NCBI GenBank assembly: GCA_002733545.1
Contig: NVVX01000014.1
Location: 22,040-59,517, forward strand
Origin: Alkaliphilus sp.
GTDB lineage: Bacteria > Bacillota > Clostridia > Peptostreptococcales > NVVX01
Direction of reading: 5' to 3'
DNA: 37,478 bases
Positions 16,614 to 25,245 of the stretch are shown piece after piece (within the stretch, counting starts at the first letter, position 1; each line of letters opens with the position of its first letter). The notes below the pieces were generated by a model that searched no databases, was not told the origin of the DNA, and worked only from the letters and a program-made list of their open reading frames with translations. The position numbers were made by a program, and so were the translations under genes.

Positions 16614-17681
16614 TTACAGAACAACAAAAGCGGCGCGAAACCCGATGTTCGTGAGCACGTTCGAGCGAACGTAGTACAAAAGCAACGCGAAAACCCCAGC
16701 ACTGGACGAACTGCCCCAACTGCCACCACGCAACGGAAAATACTCCGTATTTGCTACTGTCGCGAACCAGAATCCATCATGTCCGAATTCCGCAACGCCT
16801 GTGACGTCCATGCTCGCTTGTATTCCTTCTTTTGTGATAGCTGCCAGTGTTTTTAATGCCGTTATTTTTTGTCCACTTGTGCCTGAAACGATTACCCCGC
16901 TCGGAACGCCGCCTTTCGTAATTTCACTGTTTCGCAACGTTATTCCCGCTACCCATTCCCAGACATTACCGTTAAGATCGTATACCCCTGTTGTTTTGCC
17001 GTTGTGTGTAGTCAGATTGACTCCAGCGCCCCAGCCTGTTTTTGTTCCTGTGCCAATTAGCGCGCGACCAGCTTGCGTAGGGTCAGCTGTAAACACTACT
17101 GAAGTGTCGTCCACATCTTTTAAGCTGCTGTTATTCCCGTATGGTTGCCAACGATTAGCCCCAAACACAGCAGGACCAATTAGCATGGAATATACCGCAA
17201 GCGATACAGCTTGCTCGTTTGTCATCATTTGTACATTCGAAGCTATGCACGCAGCAACAGAAGCATCCCAATCGACAGAGATCCAAGGTATAACCCCTTG
17301 CCTGCTCGTAGCAAGTGTTCCAACCCCTGCAGCACTGTTACTTGCATCGTTTCTGCTTGCTTGATATTTTCCAGCGTAGAAACCTAAGAACAAGACTTCT
17401 ACATAATCAGCATTTACTATCCCTGTCGCAGGCTCTACACTCACGAAAAAGCCAATTGGTCGACTCGGATGCGAGCACGCAGTCGGATTTATTAGCATAT
17501 ATGCACGAAAACTAGGCTGCCAAACGTAGATACTATTGTCAACTATGAAATCGTGATTCTCGTGTGCGTTTCCAGTGTCTAGCGCGTGCAATTTTTGCGT
17601 TTGAGAGACAAAAACACCGTCACTGTTTTGTGTGAAAGCGCTTGTAGGACTTCCGGCTCCTGTTCTTCTTATCAATATCAC
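16614..17681 (-). CDS. DGR target: Mtd-like / FGE-type C-lectin-fold protein, probable receptor-binding protein
   Basis: GKYQAS, PW, GVYDLNGNVWEW and C-terminal LRGGSW...GVFAL...NIGFRAA; carries the VR; last gene of the tail module. Confidence 0.9.
   Translation of the reverse strand: MILIRRTGAGSPTSAFTQNSDGVFVSQTQKLHALDTGNAHENHDFIVDNSIYVWQPSFRAYMLINPTACSHPSRPIGFFVSVEPATGIVNADYVEVLFLGFYAGKYQASRNDASNSAAGVGTLATSRQGVIPWISVDWDASVAACIASNVQMMTNEQAVSLAVYSMLIGPAVFGANRWQPYGNNSSLKDVDDTSVVFTADPTQAGRALIGTGTKTGWGAGVNLTTHNGKTTGVYDLNGNVWEWVAGITLRNSEITKGGVPSGVIVSGTSGQKITALKTLAAITKEGIQASMDVTGVAEFGHDGFWFATVANTEYFPLRGGSWGSSSSAGVFALLLYYVRSNVLTNIGFRAAFVVL
16629..16736 (-). repeat. DGR variable repeat (VR) with GC-rich/IMH end
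   Basis: Encodes PLRGGSWGSSSSAGVFALLLYYVRSNVLTNIGFR versus TR PLRGGNWNNSSSAGVFALNLNNVRSNVNTNIGFR. Confidence 0.97.
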
Positions 17682-18016
17682 GCCATCACCGCCTTCAGTG
17701 TCGTTATTTCAGTTCCTGTCAAGTCTGTTTCTGTTCCATCCAAAGCAAAACTTAAGCACCAGTAGTTAGTGCTTGTACTTTGAAACACAGTCGCAGACTC
17801 TTCGTCTGACGTCAAGCCTAAAAAATACCCATTCGGCGTAATCATGACCATATAGTCGCCTTCCGATCTAATCGATAAATCAAAAAAAGTTTCTGCCAAA
17901 CTGACCGTTTCTCCATTTATGATTGCGACCCCAGCCGGCATTGTCACATTCATCCCCGCCACAGATGGTGTTATATCATAACTTATATTCTCATATACTC
18001 CTGTGATTGTTTTCAT
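17678..18016 (-). CDS. Hypothetical tail-fibre-region protein
   Basis: 112-aa ORF with GAGG RBS; stop overlaps the start of the DGR target; function inferred from position only. Confidence 0.6.
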   Translation of the reverse strand: MKTITGVYENISYDITPSVAGMNVTMPAGVAIINGETVSLAETFFDLSIRSEGDYMVMITPNGYFLGLTSDEESATVFQSTSTNYWCLSFALDGTETDLTGTEITTLKAVMA

Positions 18017-18031
18017 AATTTCACTTCCTCT

Positions 18032-18586
18032 CTAAAATGTTAAAACAAGCGAGGCAACTTGCAAGTTACCTGTGTGTGTGTCTAGCATGTCATCACCTAT
18101 TCTAGTCAATTTTATGGTAATGGGGTCCCCTGCAATATATGCAGTGTTTGGGATTGTATTCGCAAGTGTCATTATGTGATATCCAGCCCCTACCCCTGGC
18201 GTAACTGTATGTATCGCATCTACGAAAGTTGTACCCTTTATGCTGTATGAAAAATTAATTCTTATGTCACCAGCGTCTGCCTGCCCGACAAAATATCCGA
18301 GATTAATGCTGATATCTCCAGACTCGCCCACAAAACTGCAGATTGCTGTTTGCAAAAAATCTGCTGCAAATTCAATTGTTGGTATTTCTCCAGTTAGTCC
18401 TTGTGTTGGCTCTGCCAGAGGGTCCGCTAACATCACATTAATTTCTACACTTCCAATCGCCTGCGCCGCAACAATACCTTCTTCGATGTTATTCATGATA
18501 GAAGCATTTATGGGCGTTCCGACCTGAATGATGTTTCCTTGTTGATCCTTTATTTGATCGATATGAGTGTTTCTTATATACGCCAC
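18032..18586 (-). CDS. Putative tail fibre/adaptor protein
   Basis: N-terminal GTPINASIMNNIEEGI motif typical of Firmicute phage tail-fibre N-termini; beta-rich remainder. Confidence 0.65.
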   Translation of the reverse strand: MAYIRNTHIDQIKDQQGNIIQVGTPINASIMNNIEEGIVAAQAIGSVEINVMLADPLAEPTQGLTGEIPTIEFAADFLQTAICSFVGESGDISINLGYFVGQADAGDIRINFSYSIKGTTFVDAIHTVTPGVGAGYHIMTLANTIPNTAYIAGDPITIKLTRIGDDMLDTHTGNLQVASLVLTF

Positions 18587-18587
18587 T

Positions 18588-18884
18588 CTACACCACCTCC
18601 TGTATATTTATGTCGAATGCAAACATTATTCCTTGCATGTCTGTCTTTGTAGTTATATCTTGTTTTTCTAAAAAGATTCTCCCCATGTTGTCTAGAAGAA
18701 TGATTTTTGTTATTGTTCCTGTTACTAGATCGTCGAAATAAACAAGTATTCTTATTTTGTTTCCTGTTATTTCAACTTTGTGTATGGCGACCGTCCTAGG
18801 AGCGCCCTCAAATGTCATTTCTGCATGTGTTAAAAAGAGCTCAATACTCTTTGCAATAGCTTCTTTCCCTTGTGTTGTTATCAC
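18588..18884 (-). CDS. Hypothetical baseplate/fibre-attachment protein
   Basis: Probable GTG start 18884 overlapping the upstream TGA, GGAGAGGTG RBS; ITTQGK start resembles fibre-collar N-termini. Confidence 0.55.
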   Translation of the reverse strand: MITTQGKEAIAKSIELFLTHAEMTFEGAPRTVAIHKVEITGNKIRILVYFDDLVTGTITKIILLDNMGRIFLEKQDITTKTDMQGIMFAFDINIQEVV

Positions 18885-19582
18885 AATATCACCTCTCCTA
18901 CCATAAATGTCCCGCATACTCTAAAGTTTTTTGTTGCTATAATGTTAGATGTCTCAAATATGCTTGTGTATGAATGCCCTTTTATTTTATTCATTAACTC
19001 ATTTGATAAGAATGTACCGCATATTGGAAAATTGTATATGCCTGTATTATAAGACGTTTGTAGTCGCAATGTTGAATTGTAAAAATAGCCGTAATTTGGT
19101 AGAGCACTCGCTGGTTTTGTTCTTCTAATTTCTTTCTGCAAAGCCAAAAGGTTGTCTAGTGTGTTTAATTCGCCCTTGTCTACAAATACAATGAACTCCG
19201 CCCATCTCAGCAAATCTGTTTTATAGAGCGATTCAATGTATGCGTTTTCATGCCCTATACCTTTAAGCGCAATTAGCATCCCTTCGCTAGTCCCAGCTTT
19301 TCCTGCAATCACTTTTTTCAGCATAAGTCTATTTCTGAAAAGTTCCTCGCTTTCGTCATGCAGGCGTTGCATGCTTCTGTCTGCGCCATGTTGATTGAGC
19401 ATTTCCATAGAAGCACTCACAGCCATGGATTCTTCCCTAGCTTTGAAAATATCTTCTTTCGTCTTTTCGGCTATCCCCCCGAGAACTCTAAAAAATATTT
19501 GCAATTGATTCTTGTGGTTTACGACCTTTTTTAGTGGATTGTGGAGCAAGTAATACATGTATTCACAAAATTTATCAAACAT
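18881..19582 (-). CDS. Baseplate wedge protein (P2 gpI / Mu gp48-like)
   Basis: Follows baseplate J; LNQHGADR...ESEELFRNRL, KAGT, KPAS motifs. Confidence 0.7.
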   Translation of the reverse strand: MFDKFCEYMYYLLHNPLKKVVNHKNQLQIFFRVLGGIAEKTKEDIFKAREESMAVSASMEMLNQHGADRSMQRLHDESEELFRNRLMLKKVIAGKAGTSEGMLIALKGIGHENAYIESLYKTDLLRWAEFIVFVDKGELNTLDNLLALQKEIRRTKPASALPNYGYFYNSTLRLQTSYNTGIYNFPICGTFLSNELMNKIKGHSYTSIFETSNIIATKNFRVCGTFMVGEVIL

Positions 19583-19584
19583 GC

Positions 19585-20715
19585 CTACACCCTCTCAATA
19601 ATCACAGTTACGCTACCTAGGACAATAACCTTGTCATTTTGCAAAATTACATCGCCCGCAGGAGTTGTTATTTTGACATTTCTTAAAATACTTATCTCTT
19701 TTTTGAGCGCGAATATCAAGTCTGCTATATACAATTCGTTCAACTTTCTCTCTTTGGTCATTTTAAAAGCATCTGCAATTATTGATACCACCTTATTTTC
19801 TATCCCTGTGACATCAGTTAGAATTGGAATATAGATCGATACGCTCACATTCTGCGTTACTGCTTGCGCTGATTTCACGAGCAAGTTGTCGTGTGGCGCT
19901 CTTATTTTTTCAGCTTCCAATTTGACTTCGTCAAGGAGTATCTGTGTAGCTTCTCCAGCTGTGGATGTGATAATTATATCCACTGTTCCCTGCCCGCGTG
20001 GATGCATGTCGTCCACCGTAGCGAACAAAACTCCTGGCACTGCTTCGCATACAGTTCTGTACTTACCACTAATCGGATATGCTGCTAGCTCAGCCCATGA
20101 ATTGAGAATTCTTCCCCTGAACATCTCATCACTCTCAACATCACTTCCTTCTCGTGTAACCCACCCTCCCTCGTTTACAATCTCGTCTATCCCCTCAATG
20201 TAAACTAAAGACTTCTTTATTTGCCCTGATGGTAGATTGTATTTGATTCCTTCTCTTTCTGCTTCTACCAAAACTTCTGTAGATAAAATATTCTTTGCTA
20301 AAAATACGTCTTCCGTAGAAACAAACCTGAACTCTTCTCCATTTATATCCTTTTCTGTCTTAAAAACATTTCCTTTTGCAATTTTCAAGTTTGTGGTCGC
20401 TACAGTTCTTTTTAATGTCAAATTCCCCATAGTTTTTGTAGCTTCTTTCCTTTTCTTTGAATAGTCCGCGCCTTTGAAATCAAGCCAAATCCCATCAGCA
20501 GATGAGACGAACATATTTGATAACACCGTCCTGAGAAGTTTCACAAGTTCGATTCTAATCTGAATGAATATCATGATAATTGTGAAAAAGATTCCACCAC
20601 TATTGAAATTGTTTATGCTGAACCCTTCTGCTTCGAGTTCGCTAATTATCTCATCTTTTAGTCCATCTCGATCTGGTATAGGAATAACTCCATCTAAGAC
20701 TTTCTCACTCATCAT
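19585..20715 (-). CDS. Baseplate J / Mu gp47-family protein
   Basis: ADGIWLD, GIKYNLPSGQI, GSDVESDEMFRGRI, VPGV, PRGQGTVDIII. Confidence 0.92.
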   Translation of the reverse strand: MMSEKVLDGVIPIPDRDGLKDEIISELEAEGFSINNFNSGGIFFTIIMIFIQIRIELVKLLRTVLSNMFVSSADGIWLDFKGADYSKKRKEATKTMGNLTLKRTVATTNLKIAKGNVFKTEKDINGEEFRFVSTEDVFLAKNILSTEVLVEAEREGIKYNLPSGQIKKSLVYIEGIDEIVNEGGWVTREGSDVESDEMFRGRILNSWAELAAYPISGKYRTVCEAVPGVLFATVDDMHPRGQGTVDIIITSTAGEATQILLDEVKLEAEKIRAPHDNLLVKSAQAVTQNVSVSIYIPILTDVTGIENKVVSIIADAFKMTKERKLNELYIADLIFALKKEISILRNVKITTPAGDVILQNDKVIVLGSVTVIIERV

Positions 20716-21125
20716 CTCACGATCACCACCTCTACATTGAGTCTGTCAAGAACTATATTAAGTTCTTGTTCTTTTTCATAGCCATCACATTTGAACTTTA
20801 CTCGTATTAAAAACCTATCTTCCTCATTTGACATAGTAACCTTTATTGATTCCGCATCAACTTCTAGTCGCTTGCCAAGCTTTTCAACTATCCTTTGCTT
20901 CAATTCAATTCTTACTAGATTATCATCTTCAGCCTGAACAAAATCCAAAAGAGACCAGCCATACTCTTCATCATAAAACACTTCTTTTTCTTGTGTCAAA
21001 GCTTCATGCCTAATGTCTTGTTGTAAACACTCAAAACCTGTAACTAAAGCCGCATCGCCGTTAGCCGCTTTAGCAATCTGCATCTCACTATCTATTCTTA
21101 CATCCGTGTTATAAAATCCTACCAT
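20712..21125 (-). CDS. Baseplate wedge/sheath initiator (gp25 / Mu gp46-like)
   Basis: NGDAALVTG...LQQDI...YDEEYGWSL pattern; immediately upstream of J. Confidence 0.7.
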   Translation of the reverse strand: MVGFYNTDVRIDSEMQIAKAANGDAALVTGFECLQQDIRHEALTQEKEVFYDEEYGWSLLDFVQAEDDNLVRIELKQRIVEKLGKRLEVDAESIKVTMSNEEDRFLIRVKFKCDGYEKEQELNIVLDRLNVEVVIVR

Positions 21126-21403
21126 TAGGTCACCTTCTCAATAATATATGCACGGCTGAGCTTCCCATAAAGCAAGCCAATTACAACAATGTCCCCAAGT
21201 GCAAAAATGCTATTGCTTCTCACATTAGAAATCCTTGGAAATCTTACATCAGCCACTTTACTTTCGTCAAGAATTTGCAAATCGTGCTCGTTTCCCGAAA
21301 TCCTCGTTACCCTCGCATAAAGCAAGCTCGGAACTCTTAAGTGCGCATACTCTCTTCCTAGCAAGCTTTTAAATTTAGCGTCTATCATTGTCTCTATCAT
21401 CAC
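21125..21403 (-). CDS. Putative short baseplate spike protein
   Basis: ARVTRI...P.ISNV...GDIVVIGLLYG looks like the spike OB-fold; position between hub and wedge. Confidence 0.55.
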   Translation of the reverse strand: MMIETMIDAKFKSLLGREYAHLRVPSLLYARVTRISGNEHDLQILDESKVADVRFPRISNVRSNSIFALGDIVVIGLLYGKLSRAYIIEKVT

Positions 21404-22173
21404 ACGTCACCCTTGAAATATATTTTACTTCTTGCAAAGCCATTTCCTGTAGTTGAAAATATCACTTTAGTTACTTCAAATTCTCCTGTTGTTTTCGGAT
21501 GCACTACCCTTATTTCTTGAGAGTGCCTTACAAGTGGAGCTGCTACCGTCTGAAGCTCCCAAAGCCCATTTTCAAAGTTTAAGTCTATAATATTAACTGC
21601 ATACTCAAACTCATAATTTGTGCTTTGATTTGGCTTGTCTCCCCAGTAAAAAGTCTTGTCTGCGAAGAAGAAAGCCTCCTGTATCCCCCATAGATTGTGT
21701 ATCTCTTCAATCACATCAATCGCACTCATTCTGAATACAGGAACTACTTTCTTTATCTGATGCGTTTTGTTTGTCAATTTAAAACTCTGAATATCTGCTT
21801 CTCTTAAGACGTGCTCAATCATCTCGCGAGGCGCAACGTCAATGAAGGTGTTTGTGATGATTGTCTTTTCAAGCTTGAGCATGTCGTCTTTTAAAATGAT
21901 TTCGTTCTGTTGAGAACCTCCCAAAGTATTTATAGACTCTTTTGCGTACCCCTTAAAAACATCCTCAAATGCCCCATTGTACCCCAACTTAACAATTGCC
22001 TCGTCTAGCTTATTAATTATGACCTCCTCACCAAGCTGTTCTGTAAAGATTATCTTCGCCCAGTCAAAATACGAAGATGCAGCTGAGTGAACTTCTACTT
22101 CTACTCCTTGTGAAAAAGAGTAAGAACCTATCTCTACTTTTAATTCAGGATAGAAAAAATCATTAGTATTCAC
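21400..22173 (-). CDS. Putative baseplate hub protein (P2 gpD / Mu gp44-like)
   Basis: VKLGYNG...VFKGY...DDMLKL pattern and position after the TMP and tube initiator. Confidence 0.65.
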   Translation of the reverse strand: MNTNDFFYPELKVEIGSYSFSQGVEVEVHSAASSYFDWAKIIFTEQLGEEVIINKLDEAIVKLGYNGAFEDVFKGYAKESINTLGGSQQNEIILKDDMLKLEKTIITNTFIDVAPREMIEHVLREADIQSFKLTNKTHQIKKVVPVFRMSAIDVIEEIHNLWGIQEAFFFADKTFYWGDKPNQSTNYEFEYAVNIIDLNFENGLWELQTVAAPLVRHSQEIRVVHPKTTGEFEVTKVIFSTTGNGFARSKIYFKGDV

Positions 22174-22184
22174 AACTACACCTC

Positions 22185-22775
22185 CTAAAATGGGACTATC
22201 CCTAATCTTGATTTAAAGTCAATTGTGCTTGCAGTGTCAATGGCAGGAGACTTCGCAGTCTTAGATGATCTGCCTTCTAAATACTCTCTAAACTCGTCAC
22301 TTAGAGCAATTTCTGTTTTAGTAATGACTTTCTTAACTTCTTTCTCAACTGGAGCGCTCTTTACTGCTGTTATCTTTATAGGTATGTACTCCCAAAATTC
22401 GAGTGTTGCTGAAATTTCAGACTTTCCACTTTTTTCCTTCGTGTTTAAATCTTTTAATATTACTCTTGTGACTCCCCTTGCGCTTGTATGTTCGTTTATT
22501 ATCTCATGTACAATAGGTTTCTTTTGCCCCGCTTTTTTGAATAGCGCTTGTATTGTCGCAAGCTTCTCTAACGCTGTTTTCCCACTGTCATCCAAGAGCC
22601 TAAGTTCAAGATACATCTTCGCATCACTATACCCTGTTGCTTGCTTTGGCTTTGTTTTCTTGCCTTTTATATCAATTTCTTCTACTCTAGCACTGCCTTT
22701 GATTTCAAAGCTCTTATATATACCAGGAAGGATAACACCTCCTACTTTAACGGTACTCTCATCAATAATTAGCAT
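22185..22775 (-). CDS. Putative tail tube initiator / baseplate protein
   Basis: 196-aa ORF directly after the tape measure; ATLEFWEY motif; assigned by synteny. Confidence 0.55.
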   Translation of the reverse strand: MLIIDESTVKVGGVILPGIYKSFEIKGSARVEEIDIKGKKTKPKQATGYSDAKMYLELRLLDDSGKTALEKLATIQALFKKAGQKKPIVHEIINEHTSARGVTRVILKDLNTKEKSGKSEISATLEFWEYIPIKITAVKSAPVEKEVKKVITKTEIALSDEFREYLEGRSSKTAKSPAIDTASTIDFKSRLGIVPF

Positions 22776-22789
22776 GTTACCCCACCTTT

Positions 22790-25243
22790 TTATATTGGAT
22801 TTGGTTCTGGACTATTTGAGTTGTTATAGTCCTCAATTTCTTTTAGCAGCCTTAAAAGCAATGGAATCTCTTTGATTTTTTCTAGGTCAACATTGATAGT
22901 TATATATTGATTTGCGCCTTCGATTTTTTCCTTGCTCTTTTTTTCTACGTGGAAAGCTTCTTTTTCCTTGGATATTTCTTTTAGCGAAATCTTTTCAATC
23001 TTTCTTTCTTTCATTGAAAAGTCATCATTTTTCAATGTGTCCTTGTAGTTTAATTCCACGCTCTCAAATGCTTCTTTGGTTGTCTGAGCAGGCAAGTGCT
23101 TAGTCTTAATCATTCCTGTATTTATTGTTTCAAATACGCTTGCTCCCGAGAGTGTCAAGGAAGATAACGGACCCTCTTTTGCATCACTAAAAGGTAGTAA
23201 CTTTCTAATTCTTCCTAGCGCGCCTTTAACCATGTCAATTGGCTTGGAGATAGTTTTCTTGATGCCGCTTGCCAAGGTCTCCATTATCTTCTTTCCTGAA
23301 TTCGAAATATCGGGTAAAAAGTTTGTAAAGAAGCTAGTAAACCCTGTCTTTATGCCAGTCCAAATGTCTGTGAAAAAAGCCTTTATCTTGCCCCAGTTCT
23401 TAAATATAAGCATTGGTATTCCGATAAACGGGAATATTGCTGCTATAAGTGCCACAAAACCATTAGGCATAGAGGTGACTTTTTCTTTAATCCAATTAAA
23501 ACCATTAACAGCGCCTTGCACAGCGCCGTTCCATGCGCCACTTAAAAACGATACTACCGAGTCCCAATTTTGCCAAAGCAACACTAATGCTGCAATGAGT
23601 GCAATGATTCCAATTACAACCCATGTGATGGGATTCGCTAAGAGCGCAGCTGTAAACGACCACACCGAAGCGATTAGCCCAGGCATTGCTTTAACTCCTG
23701 TTAAAACCGCCTGCTTCCCCATTCCATACATTCCTATAGTCATTTTTTTAATAGAACTAGCTCCACTGATAACTGCTGTTTTACCCATCTTAACAATAGA
23801 TGATCCCACGTTTTTAATGCCTGTTGCCGCAGAAGATGAATATTTTTTTATGTTTGTGAACCCATTCTTGATTGCATCCCCTGCATACATAGAGCGTATT
23901 CGCATGCTCTCTAAAAGCCCTGGTATCCCTTTTATGGCTCTAGCAAAGCCTTTGAAATTCCCTATAGTTTTTACTGTTATTAGACCAATCCCACCAATTG
24001 CTAGATTTAACCCCCCAAACACTATAAGAGCTAATCCTGTAGCTAGTATTAAGTGCATGAACATCCTAAATAGCGTTTCATTTTCTCCTATCCAGACACT
24101 AAGCCACGCGACAATGTCAAGGCCTTTGTTTACCATGTTCATGAAAGTAGGTAGTAGTTGATTTCCTATCATTTCTTTTAAGTTCTTAATTTGCTGTTTC
24201 AATATTTCATATCTAGCTCCAGGGTCTTTATTCATCGCTACAGCCATATTGGTTGCTAGTTCTGTTCCTTCTCCCATGGAACCATGCATACTCACAATTC
24301 CAGATTGTAGTAAATTGGTTTTGTCACGCAGTGTTTCTATCAACGCAACTGCTTCTTGAGTTCCAAAAGCCTCCTGTAGCTCCATTCTTTCAATTGCATC
24401 AAACGTGTCTCCATATTTGCCTTCTAATTCCCCTAGTATTTCAGGCATAGAACGAATTTGATTGTTCGCATCTAAAAAAGCTAACTCTAGAGCTTCTCCT
24501 GCTTTTCCAGCGCTTCGCAAAAACGCTTTGTACTGCGTTCCCGCTTCGCTGCCTGACATAGTTCCTTGCAATATACCAAGAACACTCAATTGTTCCTCTA
24601 ACGGAATCTGCGCCGAGGTTGCAGCAGCTCCTAAAGTCCTAATCGAGGCAGACATTTCTGCTCCTGTTGTTCTAAACTTCTCAGTAGATTGCGAAATCCC
24701 TGCGGCGAATATCTTCCCAAATTCAATATCAGTCATTTCAGAGTAAAAATTCTTGTGTATCCCATGCCCCATTGCGAACAAAGAGGTCATTTCACCTACT
24801 GTAGATTTGGTGGCTTTCCCAGTTAATGCCGCAAGCCTAGTATACTCCGCCACCGCAGTATCACTAAGACTTGATATCCCTGATTTAATGTCATAAGCTG
24901 CTGTTATGAATTCTGACTTCGTAGTCCCAGCCCACGTATTTGAGAAATCAATTCCTGCTTGCTCAAGTGCTTTTAAATCTTTAATGCCTACAGAACTTAG
25001 CTCGCCTAAAGCCTTTTTAGTTTCGAAGGTAGCTTTGACAGGCGAGAGCGCAACTGTTGCAATTTGACTTCCTACTAATCCCATAGCAAGCCCCGCACTT
25101 GTCATGCCAGAAAAACTCTGTTTTGCCCTTTCGAGTTTGCCTATAGTTTGATCTAGACCTGTATTTATCCTTGCAGTTGGTCCAGAGAGGTTATCAATCA
25201 TACTCACTATTACTGATAATCTAAATATTGACTCCAAACTCAC
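22790..25243 (-). CDS. Tail tape measure protein
   Basis: 817 aa, Ala/Gly-rich helical; GSEAGTQYKAF core, ALLANPITWVVIGIIAL and periodic W/F repeats; ends LPFSDAKEGPLS. Confidence 0.93.
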   Translation of the reverse strand: MSLESIFRLSVIVSMIDNLSGPTARINTGLDQTIGKLERAKQSFSGMTSAGLAMGLVGSQIATVALSPVKATFETKKALGELSSVGIKDLKALEQAGIDFSNTWAGTTKSEFITAAYDIKSGISSLSDTAVAEYTRLAALTGKATKSTVGEMTSLFAMGHGIHKNFYSEMTDIEFGKIFAAGISQSTEKFRTTGAEMSASIRTLGAAATSAQIPLEEQLSVLGILQGTMSGSEAGTQYKAFLRSAGKAGEALELAFLDANNQIRSMPEILGELEGKYGDTFDAIERMELQEAFGTQEAVALIETLRDKTNLLQSGIVSMHGSMGEGTELATNMAVAMNKDPGARYEILKQQIKNLKEMIGNQLLPTFMNMVNKGLDIVAWLSVWIGENETLFRMFMHLILATGLALIVFGGLNLAIGGIGLITVKTIGNFKGFARAIKGIPGLLESMRIRSMYAGDAIKNGFTNIKKYSSSAATGIKNVGSSIVKMGKTAVISGASSIKKMTIGMYGMGKQAVLTGVKAMPGLIASVWSFTAALLANPITWVVIGIIALIAALVLLWQNWDSVVSFLSGAWNGAVQGAVNGFNWIKEKVTSMPNGFVALIAAIFPFIGIPMLIFKNWGKIKAFFTDIWTGIKTGFTSFFTNFLPDISNSGKKIMETLASGIKKTISKPIDMVKGALGRIRKLLPFSDAKEGPLSSLTLSGASVFETINTGMIKTKHLPAQTTKEAFESVELNYKDTLKNDDFSMKERKIEKISLKEISKEKEAFHVEKKSKEKIEGANQYITINVDLEKIKEIPLLLRLLKEIEDYNNSNSPEPNPI

Positions 25244-25245
25244 GT

